64,000 nucleotides of DNA from NCBI GenBank assembly GCA_965248925.1, contig CBDFLE010000005.1, positions 736,001 to 800,000 on the forward strand. The letters are read 5' to 3'. The DNA is from Candidatus Multivoradales bacterium (GTDB lineage Bacteria; Acidobacteriota; Thermoanaerobaculia; Multivoradales; J023). Of this stretch, positions 1 through 9,498 are shown one piece after another. Position 1 is the stretch's first letter. Each line of letters begins with the position of its first letter. The translations under genes were made by a program, and so were the position numbers. A model generated the notes under the pieces. It did not search any database and had not been told where the DNA came from. It worked only from the letters and a program-made list of their open reading frames with translations.

Positions 1-1
1 G

Positions 2-466
2 CTCGCCCTTCTTTTAGTTGGCGAGCAACTCGGCACAGCGCGACTGCAGGTAGCTCGTGGCGAAGCGCACGCGCTCGAACCCAGCGTGATTTTGGCTATC
101 GAGCAACTGCGGGCCGACATTCTGCTCAGCAAGGGCGCTGATACCAGCAGTATTCTCGCGGCCAGCAACGAGTGGACCCACGAACCACTGAGCCTGCGCG
201 GCCATCCCGCTGGGATGGTGGTTTTCGCTCTTGAGGGGCGCCAGCTAATACGCAGGCTTTCTACCACCAGTGGCGATCCGGGGCGGCCGATGCTCTCGGG
301 GGTGACTCTATTCCGCTGGCTCCGCCGCTCTCCCGGCGACGTCTTGCAAATCGAAGTAGCTTATCGACGCCCGTCACCGGTGGGAACTGACCCCGCCCTA
401 GGTGGCCAACTAGTGCGACGAGTGATTCGCGTTTCGCCGCGGGCAAACGGCGGCATCCGATGGTAG
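2..466 (+). CDS. 5'-truncated pilin/pseudopilin-like protein (PilW/GspJ-like, tentative)
   Basis: Frame is open from the window start (LALLLVGEQLGTARLQV...), so the gene starts upstream. It overlaps the next gene, which has a prepilin-like N-terminus. Confidence 0.45.
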   Translation, partial: LALLLVGEQLGTARLQVARGEAHALEPSVILAIEQLRADILLSKGADTSSILAASNEWTHEPLSLRGHPAGMVVFALEGRQLIRRLSTTSGDPGRPMLSGVTLFRWLRRSPGDVLQIEVAYRRPSPVGTDPALGGQLVRRVIRVSPRANGGIRW

Positions 467-885
467 TCGGCAGTCACGCTCGGTCGAGCCAGTCTGGCTA
501 TGCCACCCTCTTGGCTCTGTTCATGCTGGTGATGCTGGCGGCCGGCATGGCGATCTTGGCTAGCGGCGTGAGTCGTCACGAAAGGGCCTTGCGCACCACC
601 GACCGTAACCTCCGCCTGACCGCCCTCAGCGATGCTGGCGTCGCCGAGGCTCTTTCCGGGATTGCCATCACCCCGTCCTACCGCGGCGGCGGTCCGATGG
701 AGATGGGAGGGGGCACCTACAAGATTGCGGCTCAGGTCGTCGGCTATCGGCGACTAGAAGCCAAGGTCGAGGTTGAGTATGGCAAAGTGCGGCGCACCGT
801 GCTGGTGGAAGTGATGCTCGAAGGATCGGACGCCCGCCCGCGAGTGGTCAGTTGGCGCCGGCTCGGCAACTCAGAGCTTCGCTGA
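460..885 (+). CDS. PilX/GspK-like minor pilin
   Basis: N-terminal SQSG|YATLLALFMLVMLAAGMAILA resembles a class III (prepilin) signal lacking Glu5, as in PilX/GspK; followed by LSDAGVAEAL helix. Confidence 0.6.
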   Translation: MVVGSHARSSQSGYATLLALFMLVMLAAGMAILASGVSRHERALRTTDRNLRLTALSDAGVAEALSGIAITPSYRGGGPMEMGGGTYKIAAQVVGYRRLEAKVEVEYGKVRRTVLVEVMLEGSDARPRVVSWRRLGNSELR

Positions 886-896
886 GGGCCGAGCGC

Positions 897-1172
897 TCAA
901 CTGGATTCGGTTCCACTAGGATCCTCTCGGCGGTGAACGGCGCATTGGATCAGCTCACTGACCCGTTCAGCATTGCTGGCCGAGACCCACAGCCCAACTC
1001 CTTCAGGGGTGACACCGGTCATGCCGGGGCCAAAAATACCCACATCAGCACCCTTGACGATGAAGGGAATCTCGAATTGATCGAGGGCATGGCCGATGGT
1101 CTCGGCCTCGAGCCGTGATGGAAAGCGGGCAATTTCCACCAAATCGAGGTCCGTGTCGTTTTTTCCAACCAC
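897..1172 (-). CDS. DUF2007 family (putative signal-transducing) protein
   Basis: 91 aa with pattern LVEIARF..RLEAE.I...LDQFEIPFIV...GVGLWV...NAERV. Confidence 0.75.
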   Translation of the reverse strand: MVGKNDTDLDLVEIARFPSRLEAETIGHALDQFEIPFIVKGADVGIFGPGMTGVTPEGVGLWVSASNAERVSELIQCAVHRREDPSGTESS

Positions 1173-1177
1173 CGTGT

Positions 1178-2530
1178 TTAGCTCTGGCCTTTCAATTTCT
1201 GCTGCGCCAATTTGCGGTTGTTAACCGCTTCCTTGAGTTTCCTGTTGAGCTTCAAAGCGCTGCTGTAATCGTCGACGGCGGCCTGAAAGGAACCCTGCTG
1301 AAAATGTAAGTTGCCGCGCTGTACCCAGGTGGTGGCTAGCTTGGGATCTATTTCGATCGCCTGGTCAAGATCGCTCATCGCACCCTGCGGATCGCCGCTC
1401 CCGAGATGAGCGCTGGCCCGATTCGTATACATGAAGGCGCGGCCCGGTTGCAACTCAATCGAGGCGGAAAAATCGGCGGCGGCGGCGGCGTAGTTGCCCA
1501 GCTCCAAGTGCGTCAGACCGCGGTTGTTGTAGGCCGAGACCGAGCTGTCGTCGATCAACAAGGCGGCGCTGAAGTCCTTGATGGCCTCGGTCAGCTCACC
1601 CTTGCTGCGGTGCAGGCCGGCCTGGTAGAGCAGCGTCGAAGCGCGTTGCCGGCGTTGCTGGGGGTCCTCAGGGGCCGCTGTCGGGGCATTTTCCACCGCC
1701 GCTTGGCGCTGCGCTTCATCGGCTCTGCGACGGGCCTCCGCGGCCGCGGCTTCGGCCGCCGCCCGAGTCTTGGCTTCGCTGGCTCTTAGTTGCTCTGCGG
1801 CTTGCTGCCGGGCTTGCTGCTCGGCGGCTTGGGCGCGGGCAGCTTGCTCGGCTTGCCCTCGCGCCTTGGCCTCAGCGACCGCGCGAGCCTGCTGTTCCGC
1901 CAGGCGCCGCGCTTCTGCCTCCGCGGCGGCGCGAGCGCTGGCGGCGGCGCGGGCCTTGGCCTCGGCCGCGACAACGCCCTCGGCCTCGATCGCTGCTCGC
2001 TCTTCAGCGCGCCGACGAGCTGCCACTTCCGCTTGCTGCTGGGCCTCTTGGCGGGCTTTCATCTCGGCCTGGCGGCGATTCTCAATCTCGGCTTCGGCGC
2101 TGGCCTGTTGCTCTGCTTGGCGACTGGCCTCAGCCTCGGCTGCGGCCAGGGCCTGGGCAGCGCTGCGGGCGTGTGCTTCGGCAGCAGCCCTGGCTTCTGC
2201 TGCGAGCTGGATGCGGGCCGAGCTAGCTTGGCGCTCGGATTCACGCTCTAGTTCGGCGGTCTGGCGCTCGGCAGCAAGCTGACGCTCGACGGCCGCTTCG
2301 CTCGCCAAACGCTGAGCTTCCTCTCGGGCTAGGCGCTCAGCGTTGTGCGCCGCTGCCGGAGCTGCAGACGCGGGCCGCTCAGCCACCCGGCTTGGGGCTG
2401 GCTGAGGGGGAGATGGAGTGTCGACAATCGTCGCTCTCACTACCTTCGGGCCACTCGAGCAAGCGAGGACCGAGGCCGCGGCGATGGCCGCGAGGAGAAG
2501 GGCGGGGGAGAGGTTCCGACTCAGTCTCAT
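1178..2530 (-). CDS. Lipoprotein with long Ala/Glu/Arg/Gln coiled coil and C-terminal TPR repeats
   Basis: Lipobox VLA-C after a hydrophobic stretch; about 220 aa of AEA/ARA low complexity; four TPRs (AYNNRG..., YTNRA..., WVQRG...). Confidence 0.8.
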   Translation of the reverse strand: MRLSRNLSPALLLAAIAAASVLACSSGPKVVRATIVDTPSPPQPAPSRVAERPASAAPAAAHNAERLAREEAQRLASEAAVERQLAAERQTAELERESERQASSARIQLAAEARAAAEAHARSAAQALAAAEAEASRQAEQQASAEAEIENRRQAEMKARQEAQQQAEVAARRRAEERAAIEAEGVVAAEAKARAAASARAAAEAEARRLAEQQARAVAEAKARGQAEQAARAQAAEQQARQQAAEQLRASEAKTRAAAEAAAAEARRRADEAQRQAAVENAPTAAPEDPQQRRQRASTLLYQAGLHRSKGELTEAIKDFSAALLIDDSSVSAYNNRGLTHLELGNYAAAAADFSASIELQPGRAFMYTNRASAHLGSGDPQGAMSDLDQAIEIDPKLATTWVQRGNLHFQQGSFQAAVDDYSSALKLNRKLKEAVNNRKLAQQKLKGQS

Positions 2531-2700
2531 GACGCACTCCTGTTCCTAATGTGGATTCATCCAAAGCGATTTTAGGCCGAGCGGGCGAGGAAAACAAACC
2601 TTGGGGGCCGTTTCTACTCTCTGCTGCCGCGGATCGCTGCCGTGGAGCTTCCATTCGCGGCCTCCATGAACTCGTGAAGTGTCGATCAACGCTACGTCGC

Positions 2701-4614
2701 TCAGCTGATCTCGGCTCCCTCGTCGGCCGCTGCCCCGGCCACCCTCTCTCCACCTTCGAGGGGCTCGTCGGGAGGTGGGGTGAGTATGGCGTTGAGCCGC
2801 TGCTCGAAGAGAGAGGTGGTAGCCAGCAGAGTGAGTTCGCTGTAGACGCTGAGTTCTTCGAGATCGATCTCGAAGTTCGGGCGCTCGTCCTTCCAGGCAC
2901 AGATCAGCCGCAGATCGCTATCCTCTGCCAGCAAGAGATCGCGCAGCTGGTGATCGCGCTGCGGCCCGGTGGGCACGGCGACGGTGGCTAACTGCGCCTT
3001 GCAGTTCTCGAGCAAGCGACACCAGTGGGTCATGGCAAAAGGTCGATTGCCAAGTAGATCGAGCCAAGCCTTGCGCAAGCGTCCAAGGTCCTCAGCCGGC
3101 CGCTGCATGGCCACAATCGGGTGCTCGACCCCAAACTCGTCGCGTACCAGCTCAGCCACCAGTAGATTCAACTCATCGTTGGCGGTCAGCGCCAACACTC
3201 GCGAATCGCGCTCGATGCCAGCAACTTGGTAGGTCTCAGTCGCTCGCGCATCGCCGCGGACGCTGACAATGTCGTGGGCGGCAAGTTGATCGAGCTTCTC
3301 CTGATCTGAATCGATCACCAACGAGGTCCAGCCGCGTTGCTTGAACTCAAGGGCCAAGCGCGTCGATAGGGTGTTGGAGCCGACAAAAACCAGCAAACGC
3401 CGGGAGGGGTCGTCCAAGTAGCCGAGTATCCTGGGCAGCACAATCGCCATGGCGGTGGCCCAGGTGCAAGTCAATAAGATGACCAAGTAGGTCAGCCCTT
3501 CGAGATTGGCGGCGGCCTGCACCTGCCCTCCTTCGCGCAGTTGAATCGCCGCCAGAGAAGCGACTGCGGCGGCGACAATACCGCGCGGCGCGGTCAAGCC
3601 CAAGACTACTTTCTCGCGCCAGCTCAAGCGGCTTGGTGGGATCACCGAGGCCAGTACCGACAGTGGCCGGACGATCAGAATCAACCCCAGGGCGACTGCC
3701 AGCCCACGCCAACCGAGGTCGACTATCGCCCCTAGGTCAAGTTGGCCCGAGAGCAGCACGAACAAGACCGAGATGATCAGCACGGTGAGTTGCTCTTTGA
3801 AAGCTTTGAGCGGATGCACATCGGCAACTTCGCTGAAAGACATCGCCAAGCCCATCACCACCGCGGCAACGATGCCGGATTGGGGCGCCAGCTGCTCAGC
3901 GACTAAATATGCACCGAGCAGCAGGGCCAGGACCACGAGATTGCGCAGTTCGCCAGCCACCCGGCGGTTCTGCGACACCAGGCGGCCGATGGCCGCCGCC
4001 GCGTATCCCAACACCGAGCCAACCAGCACCAGAGTGAAGATCTCGATGATCATCGAGTGCCAATCAGGCGCCACTTGACTGCTACTCACGGTCTGCAAGA
4101 CCAGATAGGCCAGCACCGCGCCGATGGGGTCGATCATCAAGCCTTCCGACAGGAGGATGGTACGGACTCTGCGGGGCGCGATCATGTGGCGTAGCAGGGG
4201 CGCCACCACCGTCGGGCCGGTGACGGTGACAATGGCGCCAAAGAGGACGGCGGTCGACCACTCGACGCCGCCGAGCCAATGGGCCAGCCAAGCGGCGCCG
4301 ATCCAGGTGACGAAAACACCCACCGACAGCAAATTGCGCACCGTTCGGCCGACCTTCTGCAATTGCCCCAGGTCGAGGGATAGACCACCCTCGAAGAGGA
4401 TCACCGCTACCCCCAGGTGAATAATCGCCTCCAGGGCTCCGCCGAGGGTTTCAGGGTGCAGGAATTCAAGGCCAAACGGTCCAGCGGCCATGCCAATCAG
4501 CAGCAAGGGGAGGATGGCCGGTAGCTTCAATCGATGCGCCACTACCTGAGCCAGAATGCCCAGGAATACAGCTATCACCAGCGTGGCGAGAATTTCTTCC
4601 GTGGTCGAGTGCAC
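2701..4614 (-). CDS. NhaP-type cation:proton antiporter (CPA1) with C-terminal TrkA-N/RCK-like domain
   Basis: Many TM helices; motifs ILFEGG, TGPTVV, EGLMIDPIG, APRGIVAAA; C-terminal GDA...ALTANDELN. Confidence 0.9.
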   Translation of the reverse strand: MHSTTEEILATLVIAVFLGILAQVVAHRLKLPAILPLLLIGMAAGPFGLEFLHPETLGGALEAIIHLGVAVILFEGGLSLDLGQLQKVGRTVRNLLSVGVFVTWIGAAWLAHWLGGVEWSTAVLFGAIVTVTGPTVVAPLLRHMIAPRRVRTILLSEGLMIDPIGAVLAYLVLQTVSSSQVAPDWHSMIIEIFTLVLVGSVLGYAAAAIGRLVSQNRRVAGELRNLVVLALLLGAYLVAEQLAPQSGIVAAVVMGLAMSFSEVADVHPLKAFKEQLTVLIISVLFVLLSGQLDLGAIVDLGWRGLAVALGLILIVRPLSVLASVIPPSRLSWREKVVLGLTAPRGIVAAAVASLAAIQLREGGQVQAAANLEGLTYLVILLTCTWATAMAIVLPRILGYLDDPSRRLLVFVGSNTLSTRLALEFKQRGWTSLVIDSDQEKLDQLAAHDIVSVRGDARATETYQVAGIERDSRVLALTANDELNLLVAELVRDEFGVEHPIVAMQRPAEDLGRLRKAWLDLLGNRPFAMTHWCRLLENCKAQLATVAVPTGPQRDHQLRDLLLAEDSDLRLICAWKDERPNFEIDLEELSVYSELTLLATTSLFEQRLNAILTPPPDEPLEGGERVAGAAADEGAEIS

Positions 4615-4781
4615 TCCGTACCCTCCGTCCGCTCTGCCGACGCGCCAGCCGGGCCGGCCAGCCGCGGTCTCGGTCTCGGTCTCAGCTGAGCTGTTGGCCG
4701 GGGGCAGAGTATCCGAGCCTTGATCGGGAAGCTAGCGCGCAGCCGCTGAGAAGATCCGAGTGGCGATGAAAGAAGACGCCC

Positions 4782-6359
4782 GTGGCTGCTAAGATGGCCT
4801 CGATCGGGCAGCATTCGCCCGGCAGGTGGTTTGTGGAGGATGGAGCATTGATACCAAGTCCGGGCCAACTGGAGGCCATTTCACATCTGCGGCAGGGCGA
4901 TCTCAGCGAAGTCCCGTTTGCTGTGTTGATCCACGCCCTCGCCATTCGCCAGAGTTCGGCGGTGCTGGAGATAGAGCGCCCGCCGTTGAAAAAGTCGATC
5001 CACCTTGAGCGTGGGGTACCGGTCGATTGCCGATCCAACATCTTGCAAGATACCTTCGGCCAGTTCTTGGTCGATAGCGGCAAGCTCTCCCAGGAGCACT
5101 CTCAGTCAGCGATGGCCAAGGCAGCTTCACAGGGCATTCAGCTCGGCGAGAGGCTGATTCTCGAAGGATTCTTCAGTCCCACCGACCTCTACCGGCTGCT
5201 GCAGCAGAGTCTGGCCAAGAAGCTGCTCGACCTTTTTACTTGGCGCACTGGGCAGTTTCGTGTGGCCCAAGTCTCGGCGCGGGTAGAATCGCCCTTGAAA
5301 GTCAGAGTGGCACAGCTGGTGGTGACCGGTATTTCGAAGTTCGCCTCCCAGGAAGAGGTCAACCTGGCGATCGGTGAAGTGGTCGGCAAGATGCTCTACC
5401 TGCATCCCGAGCCCCCCTATGCATTGGCTGAATTGCATCTGAGTTCGCACCAGCAGAAGCTGGTACAGCTGATGGCGGGGGGCAAGAGAATTGATGAGCT
5501 GGCAGCAGAAACCTCGATTCCCTTCGACGAGATCACCCGCTTGCTGTATTCCCTGGCGGTGATCGGCACCATCGTTCCCGAAGAGTGGTTGCCCAAAGAG
5601 CCGCCGGCAAGCCTGCCGAGCGAGCCGAGCAGCCCGCCATCCACGACCATTCCGGCAGAGCGGATCGAGCAGCAGCGTGATCAGCTGATGGCGGCCTATT
5701 TGCGCCACCGCAAACAAGATGCATTTGACCTTCTAGGATTGGCCGAGACGGCGAAGCAGGTGGACATCGAACAGCGTTTTCTCGAATTCACCGATCGCTA
5801 CGTGCCCTATCGTTTTGCCGCTCCCGACTTAGAGGACTTGCGGGAAAAGGCTGAGGATTTGTTCCTTGCCGGCAGCCGGGCCTACGGCGAACTCTGTGAT
5901 GTCGAGCACCGCAACAGCATGATCTTGCGGCGACAGAACTTACGTCAGGATGCGGCTAATCAGCCAGCCGCGGAGCGTTTCAAGATCAAGTCCAATCTGT
6001 TGGACTCTGAGTTGCAGTATCGGCGAGCCAAGGCGTTGATGGACAAGGGCAACTACCGCGAGGCTCTGCAGGAAATTCAATTTGCCTACGACTGCGATCC
6101 GCAGAACTCAACCTACCGCGCCGAACTGGCTTACTGTCACTTTCTTGACCGGCCCGAGGAAGCTGCCGACAGCGCACTCAAGGAACTTTCAGAGACACTG
6201 CGGATCGACCCGAAATCCGGCTTGACGATGTACTACGCCGGCTGCATTCACGCTCACTTGGACAAACGCCAAGAAGCGGAAGATCTGCTGCGCAAGGCAA
6301 TCCGCTTGATGATGCCCGATCGCCGGCCGATCGAGGCGCTGAAGGCGTTGTTGAACTGA
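4782..6359 (+). CDS. DUF4388 domain / J-like domain / TPR protein
   Basis: N-terminal GDLSEVPFAVLI...LFTWRTGQFR (DUF4388-like) with embedded FGQFLVDSGKLS/LGERLILEG motif; DAFDLLGL J-like segment; C-terminal TPRs. Confidence 0.7.
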   Translation: MAAKMASIGQHSPGRWFVEDGALIPSPGQLEAISHLRQGDLSEVPFAVLIHALAIRQSSAVLEIERPPLKKSIHLERGVPVDCRSNILQDTFGQFLVDSGKLSQEHSQSAMAKAASQGIQLGERLILEGFFSPTDLYRLLQQSLAKKLLDLFTWRTGQFRVAQVSARVESPLKVRVAQLVVTGISKFASQEEVNLAIGEVVGKMLYLHPEPPYALAELHLSSHQQKLVQLMAGGKRIDELAAETSIPFDEITRLLYSLAVIGTIVPEEWLPKEPPASLPSEPSSPPSTTIPAERIEQQRDQLMAAYLRHRKQDAFDLLGLAETAKQVDIEQRFLEFTDRYVPYRFAAPDLEDLREKAEDLFLAGSRAYGELCDVEHRNSMILRRQNLRQDAANQPAAERFKIKSNLLDSELQYRRAKALMDKGNYREALQEIQFAYDCDPQNSTYRAELAYCHFLDRPEEAADSALKELSETLRIDPKSGLTMYYAGCIHAHLDKRQEAEDLLRKAIRLMMPDRRPIEALKALLN

Positions 6360-6379
6360 TCCTTAGCCTCCGCCCAGGA

Positions 6380-8098
6380 TCACCTCGTAGCTTTTTTCGG
6401 CAGGTACAAATCCGTCAACGTGCCCTCAAAGGCTTCCGCCGCCATCGCCACGGTCTCGGATAGAGTGGGGTGGGGATGGATGGTCAGGCCAATGTCGGCA
6501 GCGTCACAATCCATCTCGATCGCCAGCGCCGCTTCGCTGATCAAGTCGCCAGCACCGGGGCCGACAATGCCGGCGCCGAGTAGGCGTTTGGTGGTGGGGT
6601 CGAAGAGTAGCTTGGTGATTCCCTCATCGCGCCCCAGGGCCAGTGAGCGGCCGCTGGCCGCCCACGGGAAAGTAGATTTTTCATAGGCCACACCGTCGGC
6701 TTTGGCGCTTTCCTCGGTCAGGCCGACCCAAGCGACTTCAGGATCGGTGTAGGCCACCGACGGAATCACCCTAGCATCGAAGGCGCTCTTCTGACCCGCA
6801 ACCACTTCGGCGGCAACCTTCGCCTCATGGGTGGCTTTGTGAGCCAGCATCGGTTGGCCAACGATGTCACCAATGGCGAAGATGTGTGGAACGTTGGTTC
6901 GCTGTTGGTGATCGACCGGAATGAAGCCTCGCGAATCGACTTCAACTCCGGCCGCGTCGGCACCGATCTTGGCGCCGTTGGGCTGCCGACCCACTGCCAC
7001 CAAGACCCGATCAAAGAGCTGCTCTGAAGGCGCTTTGCCGCCTTCGAAGCGGACCAGCAATCCCTCGTCCCGCGCCTCGATGGCGGTGACTTTGGAGCCC
7101 AGCCAAATGGCCTCGTAGCGCTTGGTAATGCGCCTTTGCAGGGGCCGTACGAGATCCGCATCGGCACCGGGCATCAGTTGATCGAGCAACTCGACAACGC
7201 TGATTTTAGTGCCCAGGGCAGAGTAGACCGTCGCCATCTCCAAGCCGATAATGCCACCGCCGACCAACAGCAGGCTGCTGGGGATCTCGCTCAAGGCCAA
7301 GGCGCCGGTGGAATCCATCAAACGGGGATCGTCCCAGGGAAAGCCGGGAATTTGCACCGACTGCGAGCCGGCGGCGATGATCGCTTGCTCAAAGCAGATG
7401 GACTGGGTGCCAGCGCTACCTTGGACCGCCAGGGTGTGTTCGTCAACGAAGCTGCCGCTACCCCGGACTATTTGCACATGACGTTTCTTGGCCAACCCGG
7501 TCAGGCCACCGGTAAGCCGTTGGACGATGCCATCCTTCCAGTTTCGTAGGCGATCGAGGTCGATTTTAGGTTGGCCAAAAGAGATGCCGTGGTCGGCAAA
7601 GGAATCAGCTTCATCAATCACCTTGGCGGCGTGTAACATCGCCTTGGAGGGAATGCAGCCAACATTGAGGCAGACGCCACCGATTACCGGGTAGCGCTCC
7701 ACCAAGATCACCTGGCGCCCCAAATCGGCGGCGCGGAAAGCCGCCGTATAACCTCCGGGGCCGGACCCCAAGACCACCAACTGAGTGCTGAGATCCGCCG
7801 CCGCCACAGGCTGGCTGGTTGAAGTCTCGGGCCTCTTGACCTCGCTAGCTGGCGCCGCTTCGACGGCGAGCACGGCGACGACATCCCCGGCACCGACTTG
7901 GTGACCCGGCCGCACTTGCACCGCGACAACTTTGCCGGCGTGAGTAGTCGGGATTTCCAACGAAGCTTTATCACTCTCGAGAGTCACCAGACCCTGTTCA
8001 GCCTCGACATGATCGCCGGGGACGACCAACACCTCAACCACCTCGACCTGCTCCAAATCACCAATGTCGGGGACGCAAACTTCGATTTCTTGGCTCAC
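6380..8098 (-). CDS. lpdA: Dihydrolipoamide dehydrogenase (E3) with N-terminal lipoyl domain
   Basis: GGVCLNVGCIPSK redox motif, GSGPGG FAD motif, HPHPTLSE; N-terminal LESDKA lipoyl motif. Confidence 0.97.
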   Translation of the reverse strand: MSQEIEVCVPDIGDLEQVEVVEVLVVPGDHVEAEQGLVTLESDKASLEIPTTHAGKVVAVQVRPGHQVGAGDVVAVLAVEAAPASEVKRPETSTSQPVAAADLSTQLVVLGSGPGGYTAAFRAADLGRQVILVERYPVIGGVCLNVGCIPSKAMLHAAKVIDEADSFADHGISFGQPKIDLDRLRNWKDGIVQRLTGGLTGLAKKRHVQIVRGSGSFVDEHTLAVQGSAGTQSICFEQAIIAAGSQSVQIPGFPWDDPRLMDSTGALALSEIPSSLLLVGGGIIGLEMATVYSALGTKISVVELLDQLMPGADADLVRPLQRRITKRYEAIWLGSKVTAIEARDEGLLVRFEGGKAPSEQLFDRVLVAVGRQPNGAKIGADAAGVEVDSRGFIPVDHQQRTNVPHIFAIGDIVGQPMLAHKATHEAKVAAEVVAGQKSAFDARVIPSVAYTDPEVAWVGLTEESAKADGVAYEKSTFPWAASGRSLALGRDEGITKLLFDPTTKRLLGAGIVGPGAGDLISEAALAIEMDCDAADIGLTIHPHPTLSETVAMAAEAFEGTLTDLYLPKKATR

Positions 8099-8156
8099 TG
8101 TCGATTCCTTGCCGATGGTTGCTGGGTGGGTCTTGTTCAGGTTCCGCGGCGGAATC

Positions 8157-9482
8157 TCAGAGCAGCAGGCGGCGGATGTCGCTCAGCAGGCCGCTAAGAT
8201 GGACGATGAAACGGGCTGCCGCGGCGCCGTCGATCACTCGGTGGTCGTAAGACAGCGACAGGGGAAGGAGCAGCCGCGGAACAAACTCCTCGCCTTGCCA
8301 AACTGGCTTCCACTGCGAACGCGACACGCCGAGAATCGCCACCTCTGGCGCGTTGACGATCGGCGTGAAGGCGGTGCCGCCAATCCCGCCCAGACTGGAG
8401 ATGGTGAAGCAGCCGCCCTGGAAATCCTGCGGCAACAGCTTGCCGGCTCGAGCCCGGCCACTGACGTCTACCAGCTCAAGGCCGATCTCGGCAAGGCCCT
8501 TCTGGTCGACATCCCGCAACACCGGCACCACCAAGCCACCGGGGGTGTCGACGGCGATGCCGATGTGGACATAGCCCTTGCGGACGATGCTCTTGCCACT
8601 CGGGTGCAGGGAGCTATTGAAGTCGGGGAATTGCCGCAATGCCGCCGCTGCTGCTTTGAGCAAGAAAGCCACCGGCGTCAACTTGTAGCCGTCCCGAGCG
8701 GCCTGTTCCTTTTGCCCTTGGCGAAAAGCTTCCATCTCGGTGATGTCTGCTTCATCGTGTTGAGTGACGTGGGGCACATGCAGCCAGCTGCGGTGCAGAT
8801 TACGCGCCGCGACTTGACGGATGCGCGAAAGCGGTAGTTCCTCTGTGGGGCCGAACTTTGAGAAGTCGATCGCCGGCATCTCAGGCCAAGCAAAGCCAGT
8901 CACCGCAGTGCCAGTCACCGCAGTGCCAGCCATGGTTGTTTTGACCCAGCCTTGCACATCTTCTTTGGTAATCCGCCCTTTACGCCCACTGCCATCAACC
9001 TGGGCGAGAGCGACCCCCAACTCGCGGGCGAGGAGGCGCACACCGGGGCTGGCGTAAGCATCCTTGAGAGCTTCGGGGTCGCTACTAGCTGGCGCGATCG
9101 CCGTCGGCTTCGCCGCAGCTGGAACCGGGGCCGCTGCATCGGGCTCTGGTGGCGCCACACCTGCGGTGCTCGCCTCGGTGGGGTTCGCGGCTTCCTCTGC
9201 TTCGGGCGACCGCGCTGCCTCCACCGCGGCTGCGCTGGCGAGCACGCCGTCGAGAGTGACAATCACAGCTCCCTGAGCGATGGAATCACCGACTTTCACT
9301 GCCACCCTCTGTACCGTGCCGGCGGCCGTTGATGGCACTTCCATCGACGCCTTGTCGCTCTCAAGGGTGATCAGCGCCTGGTCGATACTCACCGTATCGC
9401 CCACCCCCACCAACACCTCGACGACACTGACCTCGTCGAAGTCGCCGATGTCTGGTACCTGAATTTCTATCGTTTGGCCCAT
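8157..9482 (-). CDS. aceF: Pyruvate dehydrogenase E2, dihydrolipoyllysine acetyltransferase (one lipoyl domain)
   Basis: LESDKA lipoyl motif, ASPGVR...GSGRKGRI E3-binding domain, DHRVIDG catalytic motif; start set at MGQTIE (9482). Confidence 0.96.
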   Translation of the reverse strand: MGQTIEIQVPDIGDFDEVSVVEVLVGVGDTVSIDQALITLESDKASMEVPSTAAGTVQRVAVKVGDSIAQGAVIVTLDGVLASAAAVEAARSPEAEEAANPTEASTAGVAPPEPDAAAPVPAAAKPTAIAPASSDPEALKDAYASPGVRLLARELGVALAQVDGSGRKGRITKEDVQGWVKTTMAGTAVTGTAVTGFAWPEMPAIDFSKFGPTEELPLSRIRQVAARNLHRSWLHVPHVTQHDEADITEMEAFRQGQKEQAARDGYKLTPVAFLLKAAAAALRQFPDFNSSLHPSGKSIVRKGYVHIGIAVDTPGGLVVPVLRDVDQKGLAEIGLELVDVSGRARAGKLLPQDFQGGCFTISSLGGIGGTAFTPIVNAPEVAILGVSRSQWKPVWQGEEFVPRLLLPLSLSYDHRVIDGAAAARFIVHLSGLLSDIRRLLL

Positions 9483-9498
9483 GGTCGTAGGTCCTTTC

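Noticed and set aside
1178-2530. Calling this gene tolA
   Set aside because: It has a lipobox and TPRs instead of the TolA TM anchor and domain III, and there are no tolQR/tolB/pal neighbours.
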